Shown: piece after piece, positions 54,067-64,000 of the stretch
Position numbering within the stretch: position 1 is the first letter of the stretch
Layout of the letters: every line of letters starts with the position of its first letter
Source of the DNA: Oopsacas minuta
Taxonomy: Eukaryota > Animalia > Porifera
Direction of reading: 5' to 3'
DNA: 64,000 nt
Assembly: GCA_024704765.1 (NCBI GenBank)
Contig: JAKMXF010000342.1
Span: 62,001 to 126,000, forward strand
Notes under the pieces: generated by a model
The model's input: only the letters and a program-made list of their open reading frames with translations
What the model was told of the DNA's origin: nothing
Databases searched by the model: none
Position numbers and translations under genes: made by a program

Positions 54067-54791
54067 CATAGTGACCTAGGTAATATAAGGCTTGACAGTT
54101 CATTGGGACCATGGATTACTTAAAGTGCATACATTGAATATGATATGTTGAGATTAATACCATTGTTTTTGACAATATTCATACCAAATGGTAGATAGAA
54201 GGTAATCATATTTTACACTAATACAACAAAAATTGTATAAATAAAGAAATAAGAAATGCTAGGACGACAAAGAGACGCCAACAGCAAAATTATTAACTAT
54301 TTTGATTTGAATTTGGTGTATTTACGAGAGTTATGCAAGCTTTCAGTTAATGTCCTTTTCAACGAATTCATGTTCTTCACTTTGTTAGCTAGGATACAGT
54401 TGGTTGCTGAAAAAATAATCTTATTTAAGATATTCCATCCAATTGTGCCACAAGTAGGGCATTTGTTTCTCCAAAACTCAGTTTCATTACTCTTGACTAC
54501 ATTCAATGTTAAGGAAATTAAGATCTTCCGAGATGGACTTGTTAAAAAGAGATTGAAGAGACTAAAATCCATTTCGATCCTGGAGTAGACCTTCCACAAA
54601 ATTATAGCTGCTTCAAGTACTGGAGCTGAAGGCCATTTAAGGCCTCCTCTGTCAATCGCACATATTTAACCATAGACGGGATCAGTTATATCTAATTCGG
54701 GAGTATCTTCTTCAACAAGACTTGACAAATACTGAGAGCAAATACTGCTTACTTCTTCCGTATCTCTCGCGCCAGAAGAGTGAGTAATACC

Positions 54792-54827
54792 CACAGTGGC
54801 ACGAAATGGCTAAAACCTGGAAGTAGG
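54792..54827 (+). repeat. E2 3' end: heptamer CACAGTG + 19-bp spacer + TGGAAGTAG
   Basis: Heptamer 54792-54798, spacer 54799-54817, box 54818-54826. Confidence 0.92.
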
Positions 54828-55128
54828 TATTAGGGTACTAGATAACGTATGAAACTATATTATTGACATATGGGGAATCGTATCCAAGGAATCGATTGAC
54901 GTAACTAGATTTTTTCTAAGTCTTTGGGTGTGAAAGTAATGACGTCATTGTCACATTCAAAAATATTTTGATTTTTTTATCGATTTTAATTCAACCAATT
55001 TGTGAGTTATAGGTTCAGAAATTGAATGTTTTATGTTTTATGTTATTAACACTATTTAATGTACATTTTTATAAACTTATGAGACCACATTTCTTGTTGA
55101 AATGACCTACCGTTCATTGAACTGCAAA

Positions 55129-57237
55129 CTATAACGTATTTATAATTAGAGACTTCACCAAAATATCTTGACGGCTCTTTAACTCAGATAGATCTGGCTC
55201 CGAATCGTTTTTGGTAATATTACGAAATGATGCTAATATTGGATCACTTTGAGAGATAAGCCTGACGAACACATCTTTAACGTTGTCTTCAAAGTTAAAT
55301 TTTCTTGAGAGTCTCTCACGGTATCGCCTGACCAATTTATTGCAAGATTCAAGGCCTTCTTCAGACAAATCTTCTAAGCCAAACCCATCGTTATGATCTG
55401 CAATTATTTGTGGTGCATGGGCTAGAAGTTTATGTAAAGTTGGGGTTACATGTGCCCATGAAAAATTGGTTAAAATGGATTCGTAAGTCTCTCGGCATAC
55501 ATTATCAAGGCCTTCAGTATCCACTTTCCTGTTGCTATTATACAATCTCAGGATAGCACTCAAATTATTAAAGATTGTAGTGACAACCTGATGTGTCTCT
55601 TGAGGAACAACCGTCAATACCCAATAGAGAAAATCTTGCACAGTATCATCGCTACGTGTGAAGCATCTCCGAACAACATTTCCGGTTGTGGTGGTTCCTC
55701 CTTGGACTGATGGTGTGTCAATGGATATACTAAGTTTTTCTTCAATAAGGCTAGTAATAAATTTCTTGGCCCCAAGAATTACTGGCGAAGTTGGTGACCA
55801 TTTTTGAATAGCACCACACTGTAAATAGCAAATCAATAATAGGAACCAACTAAATGTTCTCAAATATGCATGTAGAGGAGAAGCTGATATGATGTCTTTT
55901 TCTGAGATCGGTTTGTGTGTTAAATTGAATCTTTGATTTGTTGGCAAAGACAAAAATACTTCCTCATCAACCTCATCAAATACATCACGTGCATCACGGA
56001 TAGTCCTATTTATGGGAAAGCCATTTTGGACTATGCTAATATCGTGTATCTGTTGGAACGTTGCAGTACACATTTGACAATTAGCACCACCAGCACCGCT
56101 TAAGATTTTTACCATCTTTGTATCGAAATGAGATCTAATGATCTTGACCTCTGCATTTCCGTTGTGTAAACACAAACCACTCTCTTCGATAGTTGAAGTT
56201 TCGTTATTTATTAATGAGTCCATCAAAAACTTGACACTCTCTTCATTTTCTGGTTGGGCTAAGAGGGCAACTGGTCGAGTGCAAAATGGCGAATTCGGAT
56301 GATGAGGTTTCCATAGGATATGATCATTTGCATTTATGATTGAGTTAACCTTGAAACCAAATAAAATGAAGGTTTTAGTCGAGAGGTCAGGGATAGATAT
56401 AGCTTGCTGGTAAACTCGATGACACCCAGATCCATCTAAGCCATCGGATACTCGAACTTTCAGCGGATAGACAAGGTTATCAGGACTTAAGTTAGATACA
56501 ATTCGTTCAACTGTATGGGTGAGTAGTCTGGTGTAAGAAATACCTACTCCACATGGAAATTCTCTATGAATTATACGCACCTCATCCAGCAAATTAATTT
56601 GAGCCCGATGTTTAGCTACACTATTGTAGCCTGGTAACTTGAGATCTTCAGATAGTAACGTACGCCGAAGTTCTAAATACTTTGTTTCACCGATCTCAAG
56701 CGAATCGAAAAGAAAGGCAGATTTATCAAGTGATAATTGTGGGTAGATAGGAGATGAGTTTCCCTTCTCGAGTATCTCTTTACAAACATTGGCACTATTC
56801 ATGTCCTGCTCCTCATTGCGACAAAGTAGTAAGAGATAAGTTGCAAGAGTCTTTGGAGTTACATGCTCATTTTCAGCGACTGATTCGAGGTGAGACTTAA
56901 GAGAAGAGAGCCGATTTCTCAAACCTTTAGTCGTTAAGTCAGCGAGCGATTTCTTTTTTGAAAGATTAAAGCCTTCTTCAAAGTTAATGGTTAATGAAGA
57001 AGAGGCACTTAACCTAGGCTTCTTTGGCAGAGGACAGAAGCACATGGAATTCCAAGTATCAAGGTCCGAATATTTATGAAAAGAGGCTCTCTCTTTTTGA
57101 ATATCATTGAACTTCAGACGAAAGAAATTTTGGTGATCTCGATCAAAACCATGAGTTGAAATAAATTGGTCTGCGATTGAACAGGTGCTAAGTAATTTAT
57201 GCTCACAATAAAACTGAAAAGCTTGAAGGTTGTTCAT
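55129..57237 (-). CDS. Intact 702-aa RAG1-like/Transib-family DDE transposase
   Basis: Uninterrupted ORF. NBD-like residues about 95-140. D268 (GLDGSG), D372 (FDTKM), E630 (SEEGLESCNK), C387/C390 (CQMC), H602/H607 (LHKLLAH), TGNVVRR and C-terminal SDP. Residue numbers counted by hand. Confidence 0.95.
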   Translation of the reverse strand: MNNLQAFQFYCEHKLLSTCSIADQFISTHGFDRDHQNFFRLKFNDIQKERASFHKYSDLDTWNSMCFCPLPKKPRLSASSSLTINFEEGFNLSKKKSLADLTTKGLRNRLSSLKSHLESVAENEHVTPKTLATYLLLLCRNEEQDMNSANVCKEILEKGNSSPIYPQLSLDKSAFLFDSLEIGETKYLELRRTLLSEDLKLPGYNSVAKHRAQINLLDEVRIIHREFPCGVGISYTRLLTHTVERIVSNLSPDNLVYPLKVRVSDGLDGSGCHRVYQQAISIPDLSTKTFILFGFKVNSIINANDHILWKPHHPNSPFCTRPVALLAQPENEESVKFLMDSLINNETSTIEESGLCLHNGNAEVKIIRSHFDTKMVKILSGAGGANCQMCTATFQQIHDISIVQNGFPINRTIRDARDVFDEVDEEVFLSLPTNQRFNLTHKPISEKDIISASPLHAYLRTFSWFLLLICYLQCGAIQKWSPTSPVILGAKKFITSLIEEKLSISIDTPSVQGGTTTTGNVVRRCFTRSDDTVQDFLYWVLTVVPQETHQVVTTIFNNLSAILRLYNSNRKVDTEGLDNVCRETYESILTNFSWAHVTPTLHKLLAHAPQIIADHNDGFGLEDLSEEGLESCNKLVRRYRERLSRKFNFEDNVKDVFVRLISQSDPILASFRNITKNDSEPDLSELKSRQDILVKSLIINTL

Positions 57238-58089
57238 TTTCTAGATAATTAATATATTATTTATTAACAAACTGTAAATACAGGGCAAAAGTAAGATTAT
57301 ATATATATGCATGTTTGTTTTATAAGCTTATAATATACATTCTGAAATCTAAGAATTAAGGAACTTTTGACGAAACGTTTTCTCACAGTAGAAGAGTGTT
57401 GATTTTTTGATGAAATCTTTGTAAAAATACGTGATGGGAACATTTATTTATATTAATTACAAGCTGAATTTTGTAAACACAAGCATAAAAATGTAAATAA
57501 CTTCACGTTTTGATTATATCGCTAAGCAACCATAATATTTATATAAATTGTGAAAAGAGAATTTTTAAAAATATCAGATAAATTCAAAAGTTCATGTGAT
57601 TGAAACTATATTTGCGCGAATTTTCGGGAACCTGGAAATTGTTGTATTTTATAGAGAATTAAAAATGCTGTCTTTTAAAACTCATGAGACAACTTGACAG
57701 AACGCGACAGATGAAGTTATGAGACTTCGAAGTTGAGTGACGACAGAAATCCAACAGAAAAATTTATCAAAATATTTGAGCTATTTTAAGGATTTATTAT
57801 TTGAACTCCGCTTATATAATCACTATAATAAGAGAGTAGTCGAAAATGCAATGGAATGAAGTCTTTGGAATGTATTAGTTGCTTAGATACTGGAATTTAA
57901 GTTCATTGATATAAATGAATATCTGTGGTTTTCAAGAATAATTTCGGAGCAAGAAATTGTAATGCTTATATACATTCCAGTTCCTAAACTAAATGATGGA
58001 TCATAACAATTTTAGACATTTCAAGTAATTGGATATTTCTCTTTCCAATGAACATTAAATGGTTACTAAATATCGGATTGAAATTTTGA

Positions 58090-58116
58090 CCAATTTCCAG
58101 GGGGTGTGCCACTGTG
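58090..58116 (-). repeat. E2 5' end: heptamer CACAGTG + 10-bp spacer + TGGAAATTG
   Basis: Heptamer 58110-58116, spacer 58100-58109, box 58091-58099 (read on minus). Confidence 0.92.
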
Positions 58117-60749
58117 ATACCTCGCTTAGAATAGGAAGCACTTTTGAAGATGGAATGAACACAATAACCGGCAATAAAGGACAAAGATTGAATGAGAGAA
58201 GTATCGAGTATGATTGGTGTCCCCTCTTCATTGACAACTCTGTTATAGGGGTCCTAATCGACTATATTGTCATCGCTAGATTCTTCCGAGATTGAAAATG
58301 ACTTTAAAAATTCTTTTAATGAGATTGAGCTCTCACCCGGAGTACTAGAGGAGAAAAACTTCAGAATTGCAGAAATCTTAAGTAATCTCTCACTTTGCAA
58401 AACTTGATAAAATATATCATTGTATTGGGCACCGCTCATCATTCGTTGAATCCCAAAGTGATGTTCAATTGCGTCGTTTTGAAGGAACGAACTAAGAACA
58501 TAGGCAAAACCACAGTTTTGGTAAGATGGTTGACTATCCCTTCAAGGACAATACAAGAATGGCGAAAACTGGTAAAGGTTTGCGCAGTGAGTTTTCCGTA
58601 CTTTTGGCTGTAAAGTTCTCCATACATCAACCCATTTCACAACATCTGAAAGAAATACAAACCGAATGTCATACACTGTAGTGGCATAGAAAGCTCGTCA
58701 TTTAGACGGATGTCTTTATTAGGTCTATTAATGTTGAAGATCTTCCATACCTTACAAATAAGGCTAATGAACTGACTGTTTCTGTAACTTGATCATATTT
58801 AAAAGCATGGACTGTTAAAGCTGCAGAGGTTGAGTCGTCAAATATGCGAAGTGTTAAATTGACATTTTGTCTTTCAAGGCTAGATGACCAGCAAGATTTG
58901 GCTGTTTTAGCGACAGAATTTTGCTCAAGTTTAAGGAGATTCCGAAGGTCTTGAAATGGTACCTTTAAAGTATCTTCGCAAAATACTAATGAAGGACAGC
59001 TAAACGTGTGATTAAAATCGATTTGATTTATCCAATTATTTCTACTGTTTTGATGATGTGGATAAAGACGAAGATAAGATACAGAGGTCTACAAGTGTCT
59101 AATGGTGAGGAACACAGGTTTAAAGATTGGAAGTAGGGGATAGTAACTTAACCAGATTCACAGTCAAAGGGTAGTTATCTATACAAACAACTTGAATTTG
59201 AAGATTGCAACTTTCTATATCCTTGTTCACTGCATGTGGAATAGGTAGTATTTGAGCTGCTGAAGATTTTGCGCAAGGTCGGAGTCGAACAACTGTAGAC
59301 CATTTTTTGCATAAACTTGATATCATAAATGCTAGAACTGTATTGGCTGCTTCGTTCTGTGTAGTCGAAGAGCCGAGTATTCTCCCACCTGTGTAAGATA
59401 ACTCTGATTTGACATGTATTTCATCCATATGTAATGTATCATTCCTTTCTTGGTTATTGAAATTAGCAGTAGAAGCCTTCAAATATGTTTGCAACTCACA
59501 CTCTAAGCCTATTGTTCCATAAAGACTACGTAGAGTTTTTGGGTGGGGAAATATTAAACAATTCAAAGACTGTAAGTAGCTATAGCAGGTAGAAGATATC
59601 AAATGTGATTTTAGAGCTAGCACCATTGTAACAACATTGTACCGTCTTCGATTTTTAGGAATTAGTGTATTCTTAAGCTGGCACAGTGGAAAGTTAACTG
59701 GGTTACAATTCTGAATATTTCTCTAGCATATCGTTCGAAGTTCCTATCTTCGAAATCGTACTTTCAATGTTAGAAGTAGCTTGGCGAATACAGTTTTCAA
59801 CAGGGTCCTTAGTGTATGCAGAAACCTTGCTGATGATGGTATCGATTTCTCGAATATCACTGGGATTGTGTATTGTGAGAGGAATTTGAATGTTTTGACA
59901 GAAGCCTGTAGGTGTTGAGGGGTCATTAATTCAAACATATGCTGGTAATATGTTTGTCTTTTGACAGCTTTAGCAAGTTAATAGACGTGTCATCTGAAAA
60001 CCATTTAACCCAAGAAGAAGGTAGTTCAAATTCTTCGAGTTTACATTTTTGCTCCCCTAATGATTTGACACCAAACTTACTATCCTCAGCTTTATGAAGA
60101 TCAAGGCTCTGTTCTAAGGCTTGAAAGAACAATTTACTCGCGATCTTCCCACGATCTAAATGTTCAGGCTTCGGGGATGGTGAGCTAAGATACTTAGGAC
60201 AACTGCGAAGAAGACAAGGTATAGCGTTCTTATGTAGAATTGATCGCCGAGAAATTTTCGTAATGAGCCATCAGGTTGAGGCATATCCATTTCAGTGATG
60301 ACATCTTCAGTACGAAAGTGATTAGAACAAACAAATACGCTTTTTAGATCTTTAATATCCTCCCTGTGCAGAGCGCGTAGGCATTTTCTCTAAGTTCAGC
60401 GTTTGAGGGTAATCTGAATACTGGTGTATATGGCTCCCCCGAATAATTACTCCGGCATCCAGGTGCAGAGCAAGTGTTAGGCATCGAGGCTAATCAGTGA
60501 TGAAACAGAATTGCAGAATAAGATGAAATTGTAAAATCCTAAATAACGAAAGGCTTGGGAACATAATTTCGGGTTAATTATATATATACCTATATAAGAG
60601 ATGTGATTAAAACAGAATCTTGACAATTCAGATAATGTCAATTTTGCATGTTACTATTATGGATGAATTACAAAATACACTTTCAGTAATCCATGGTAGG
60701 TAATTCTATGCACCATAGTCAGGCCTTATATTACGTAGGTCACGGTGAG

Positions 60750-62300
60750 ATGATTATTTCGCCTTCATTTTGATAATCCCTCTACCTATTTGAACATAAC
60801 TTTCATATTCCCAATCCATTATATATTACCCTTTCGATAAATTTCTTGGCATTTACGTTCGTTTCGTCGTCTTTCCCGAAATTTCGATTCACATGAGGGT
60901 TATTATTCTTCTTACCTCTTAATATACTTGTACTTTCCCAACATTAAATTGCAAGCAGTAGTGTCATACCCAGTTTTGGCATGTAACTGTGGTACCATTC
61001 CGCAGATTTTTGTACCTAATTTCTCAAGTATTGTTCTTAAGTCAACATATTTTCATAGTCTATTTTAATATACCTTCTCTGAGTGTTGAATACCGTGACA
61101 TGTCTTAAGCAGAATAAGAATATCTGTAACCTTGGCAATTATTAAGAACCTTCCTTGCTTTCGCTTCATTGTGATTGCAATTGATTATTCACTCAGTCCT
61201 TTCAATTTTCCAATTCTCCTGTTTGCGAGTGATTAGAATTTTTACTAAATTCTTACTTTCAGATCTTCTGACAAACGAACAGGCCAAGGCGAATCAAGTC
61301 GTCCTCGTTTTCAGAATTGAGGAAGAATTCAATCCAGTCTTTTCTTCGAAGCATTTCCTGGTCTACATTTTCTTGGTAAAATATACTTCATGCTTTCTCC
61401 CTTTGTCCATTTTGATGATTCTTTACTAATCTCATAGTTTATTATGTCAATTTGTGTGGTCTGTGAATCTTGAGGTGGAGTTGCGGATGCGAGTCCGCTA
61501 ATCAGTCAATCTCTATATGTTTCCATTGGTTTCACTGTATGGATCAGGGTCTTACCATCGATTATCCAGCGAGCCTTGTTCGGAAAGATGTTTGATGCTG
61601 AAACTGGTTCGTTAATCTAGAGATTTCCATAAAGCTGGCTTTGTCAGACTGTTGTAATGTCCCGTTCGGCGTTGTTTGACTCAAAGGTAAGTCTGTGATT
61701 CGACATGAGAAGGCCTCTTCTAACGAATTTGCCCTAGCACCAAGAATCCCAAAAGTTTTCCTGATATTCTTTAAGATGAAAGATTTATTTGGGCCTCTTT
61801 TTGCTTTAGCGACTCTTGATTCAACTTTACTCTCTTTTTTTTTATCGAATACACTCTTCTCCTAAGTCACTAGGCGTTTCTGTACAATCTCTTTGTACTA
61901 TCTGGAATCCTCAATTTTGGGTGCTGAGTTACCCCACATTCTCCTCTAAGCATGGACGGTTGAAACCCATTCAGTTGTTTCAACATTGGTGCTATACCCT
62001 GATCTAAATGTGCCAGCTGATCCTTTGGTTTCGCTATTGAAACTCATACTATATACAAGCAAGCACTACATATTTGCGCTTCGCATCTTGCAATACTTTG
62101 TGTCCTCGGGAACTTGGATTGTTGACGTACTATTTGTTAATGCTTTTATATATATCAAGTATTACAACGACTCTGACATTCGAATAGCTTTTCGATGGTC
62201 ACTATATATCGCATTCATCATAAACTCCACTTTATGTAGTACATGGTGAATAATGTAGCTGTATCTCTTTGCATCACGCAAGGTGCATTTTGTTTGCGAA
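60750..62300 (-). pseudogene. XPG/FEN1-like (PIN + H3TH) domain remnant, possibly from an Academ-type transposon
   Basis: Minus strand about 60940-61180: NHNEAKA...AKVTDILILL and VDLRTILEKLGTKICGMVPQLHAKTGYDTT..LGK, similar to HEEAD / DTDVxxLL / HALTGCDTTS motifs. Outer limits are guesses. Confidence 0.5.
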
Positions 62301-62404
62301 AGATGTAAATTTTATATAACGAGTAGTCGGTGAATTTATGAATTTCAGTTTATCATTATTGAGAAAACGTATTTTTCTATATTTATACTTCATGTTTAGG
62401 ATAA

Positions 62405-64000
62405 CACAGCCCTGCGGGAAAAAAAATTTTATTTGCTGATTGTTATTGCAAGACATTTTCTAATCCACATTTTAATTCTGATTTTGAAAAATGTTGTAAA
62501 ATATACGTATCACGTCTAGTTTTTTAGCAAAATTATTTTTAAATATTGGTATATTTATCGATGAATGCATGATACCTCTACAAGTAAAATAGTGAAAATC
62601 TGCCATTTATAAATTTTTACTAAGGATTACAATAAATTTTTATTGATAATATAATCTTAGTTAATAAATAAATTTGAATACATTAGTCTGAATCAGGAGT
62701 AAATTTCCGTTTTTTTGACATTCAAGCATGAATAACATCAATACAATCTCTCTTGAGGCACCAGCAGTAATCAGCCATCATATGAACGCCCCACCTCCCT
62801 TGATATCGTGTTTCCATTGTTTTTATGTCTTGGTGGAATCGTTCACCTTGCTCCTCGGAAACAGCTCCAAGATTCTCTGGAAAATAGTCAATATGACTGT
62901 GAAGAAAGTGAACTTTTACACTCATATTGCAGCCGAGATTCTTGTAAGATTCAATCAACTCATTCACAAGTATTTATAATTAGGAGATTTCGTATTTCCC
63001 CAAGAAGTTTTTCATGACATTTACAAATGCATTCCATGCACATTTTTCTTTGCATATCATAGAATTTGAAAAATTATCATCTCGAACAAGTTGTCTTATC
63101 TGAGGACCGTCGAATATACCGGCTTTTCTTTTTTCATCACTTAGGTAGTAAAACTTCTCGGTAATATGTTTGAAACAATTTCCTTCTTTATCTAATGCCC
63201 TTACAAACTGTTTCATCAATCCTAATTTTATATGAAGTGGTGGAAGCAAAATCTTGAGAGGATCCACTAGAGGCTCGTGAATAATGTTCTTATCTCCAAC
63301 ATTTAGATTGGTTCTAGCTGGCCAGCTCTGTCTAGAATAGTGTTCGCTCTTTGCACGACTGTCCCATAAGCATAAAAAACAAGGGTATTTTGTATATCCT
63401 GATTGCTGTCACAAAAGAATGCATATGATTATTGAGTCACCACAGATTACCCAATTGTGCTGGTTATAATTAATTTTATGAAGCACAATTTTCATGTTAT
63501 CATATCGTTCCTTTAAACTTACTGAATGTCCAATTGGTATGGAACTAAATTTGTTGCCATTATGAAGTAGAACACATTTCAAACTTTGTTTTGAACTATC
63601 AATAAAGAGTCTCCAATCATTAGGTACATACGGACATCCAAGAGTATTAGCTAGCGGTGAAACATCATGACAAAACACAAATCCGTCTTCCATTATGAAA
63701 TATTTCAAAAATTCGATCTCTCTGTTCCTATATGAGTAAAATTTTGTTTCTGGGAGAAGCAAGTTTTTTTCTTTTAGCCTAGAACCTAACAACTCCGCAG
63801 ATTCTTTAGGTAAATCTAAATCACGTACCAAATCATTTAATTCAGACTGATTAAATAACTGTGGAGAATTAGAACGAGATAATACACACGGAATAAAATC
63901 CTCATCTTCTCTAATTAATGAATCTCTAGTTTCACAATCATCATTTTCCGAGATAACATCCAAATTAGTAAATTTTGGAACAGGTACATCAATAGAATGG
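62405..64000 (-). mobile_element. Chapaev3 element, 3' portion (continues beyond the window), frameshifted
   Basis: DWRLFIDSSKQSLKCVLLHNGN, LLPPLHIKLGLMKQFVRAL and VSEEQGERFHQDI...ADYCWCLKRD. Terminus TAA-CACAG at 62405. Confidence 0.9.

Larger units (their letters stand above)
54792..58116 (-). mobile_element. RAG1-like/Transib transposon E2 (3325 bp), 5-bp TSD ATACC
   Basis: CACAGTGGCAC at both ends. ATACC at 54787-54791 and 58117-58121. Removing the element restores the P-transposase frame (SKRGI-THSSGARD). Confidence 0.97.
54067..60747 (-). mobile_element. THAP-domain P element with 30-bp TIRs, interrupted by E2
   Basis: TIRs catagtgacctaggtaatataaggcttgac / caccgtgacctacgtaatataaggcctgac (26/30). 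THAP from ATG 60484 (MPNTCSAPGC...VCSNHF), LHMDEIHVK and DRGGLKWPS. Stop at 54297. No convincing TSD. Confidence 0.9.

Noticed and set aside
54792-58116. RAG2-like partner gene (ProtoRAG-type two-gene element)
   Set aside because: Flanks are under 900 bp with no kelch-like ORF. ORF 57984-58184 is a chimera of P-transposase sequence and the E2 terminus.
29322-58116. Composite 29-kb transposon bounded by the outer ends of E1 and E2
   Set aside because: The outer flanks differ (CTATA versus ATACC), each element has its own TSD, and both outer ends are the 10-bp type.

Overview
AT-rich eukaryotic, probably invertebrate, genomic DNA made almost entirely of nested DNA-transposon remnants: Tc1/mariner (DD34D, DD37D, DD41D), pogo-type MITEs, hAT (Charlie/SPIN-like), THAP-domain P elements, Chapaev3, L2/CR1-like LINE fragments and a possible Academ-type XPG remnant. 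One probable host gene is present, a two-exon ESRP/ERI1-like DEDDh-fold protein with no RRMs (25399-26441, minus). The main signal is a family of single-gene RAG1-like/Transib transposons. E1 (29322-32256, +, TSD CTATA) has two frameshifts. E2 (54792-58116, -, TSD ATACC) has an uninterrupted 702-aa ORF with DDE, Zn ligands and an NBD-like region. E3 is a decayed third copy starting at 51331. E1 and E2 both have bipartite, asymmetric RSS-like ends: heptamer CACA(G/A)TG, a 10-bp spacer at the 5' end or a 19-bp spacer at the 3' end, then TGGAARTWG. This resembles a 10/19 version of the 12/23 rule, and there is no room for a RAG2-like gene. All calls come from reading and translating the sequence by eye; no database searches were run. 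A sponge-like host is only my guess from the element repertoire.
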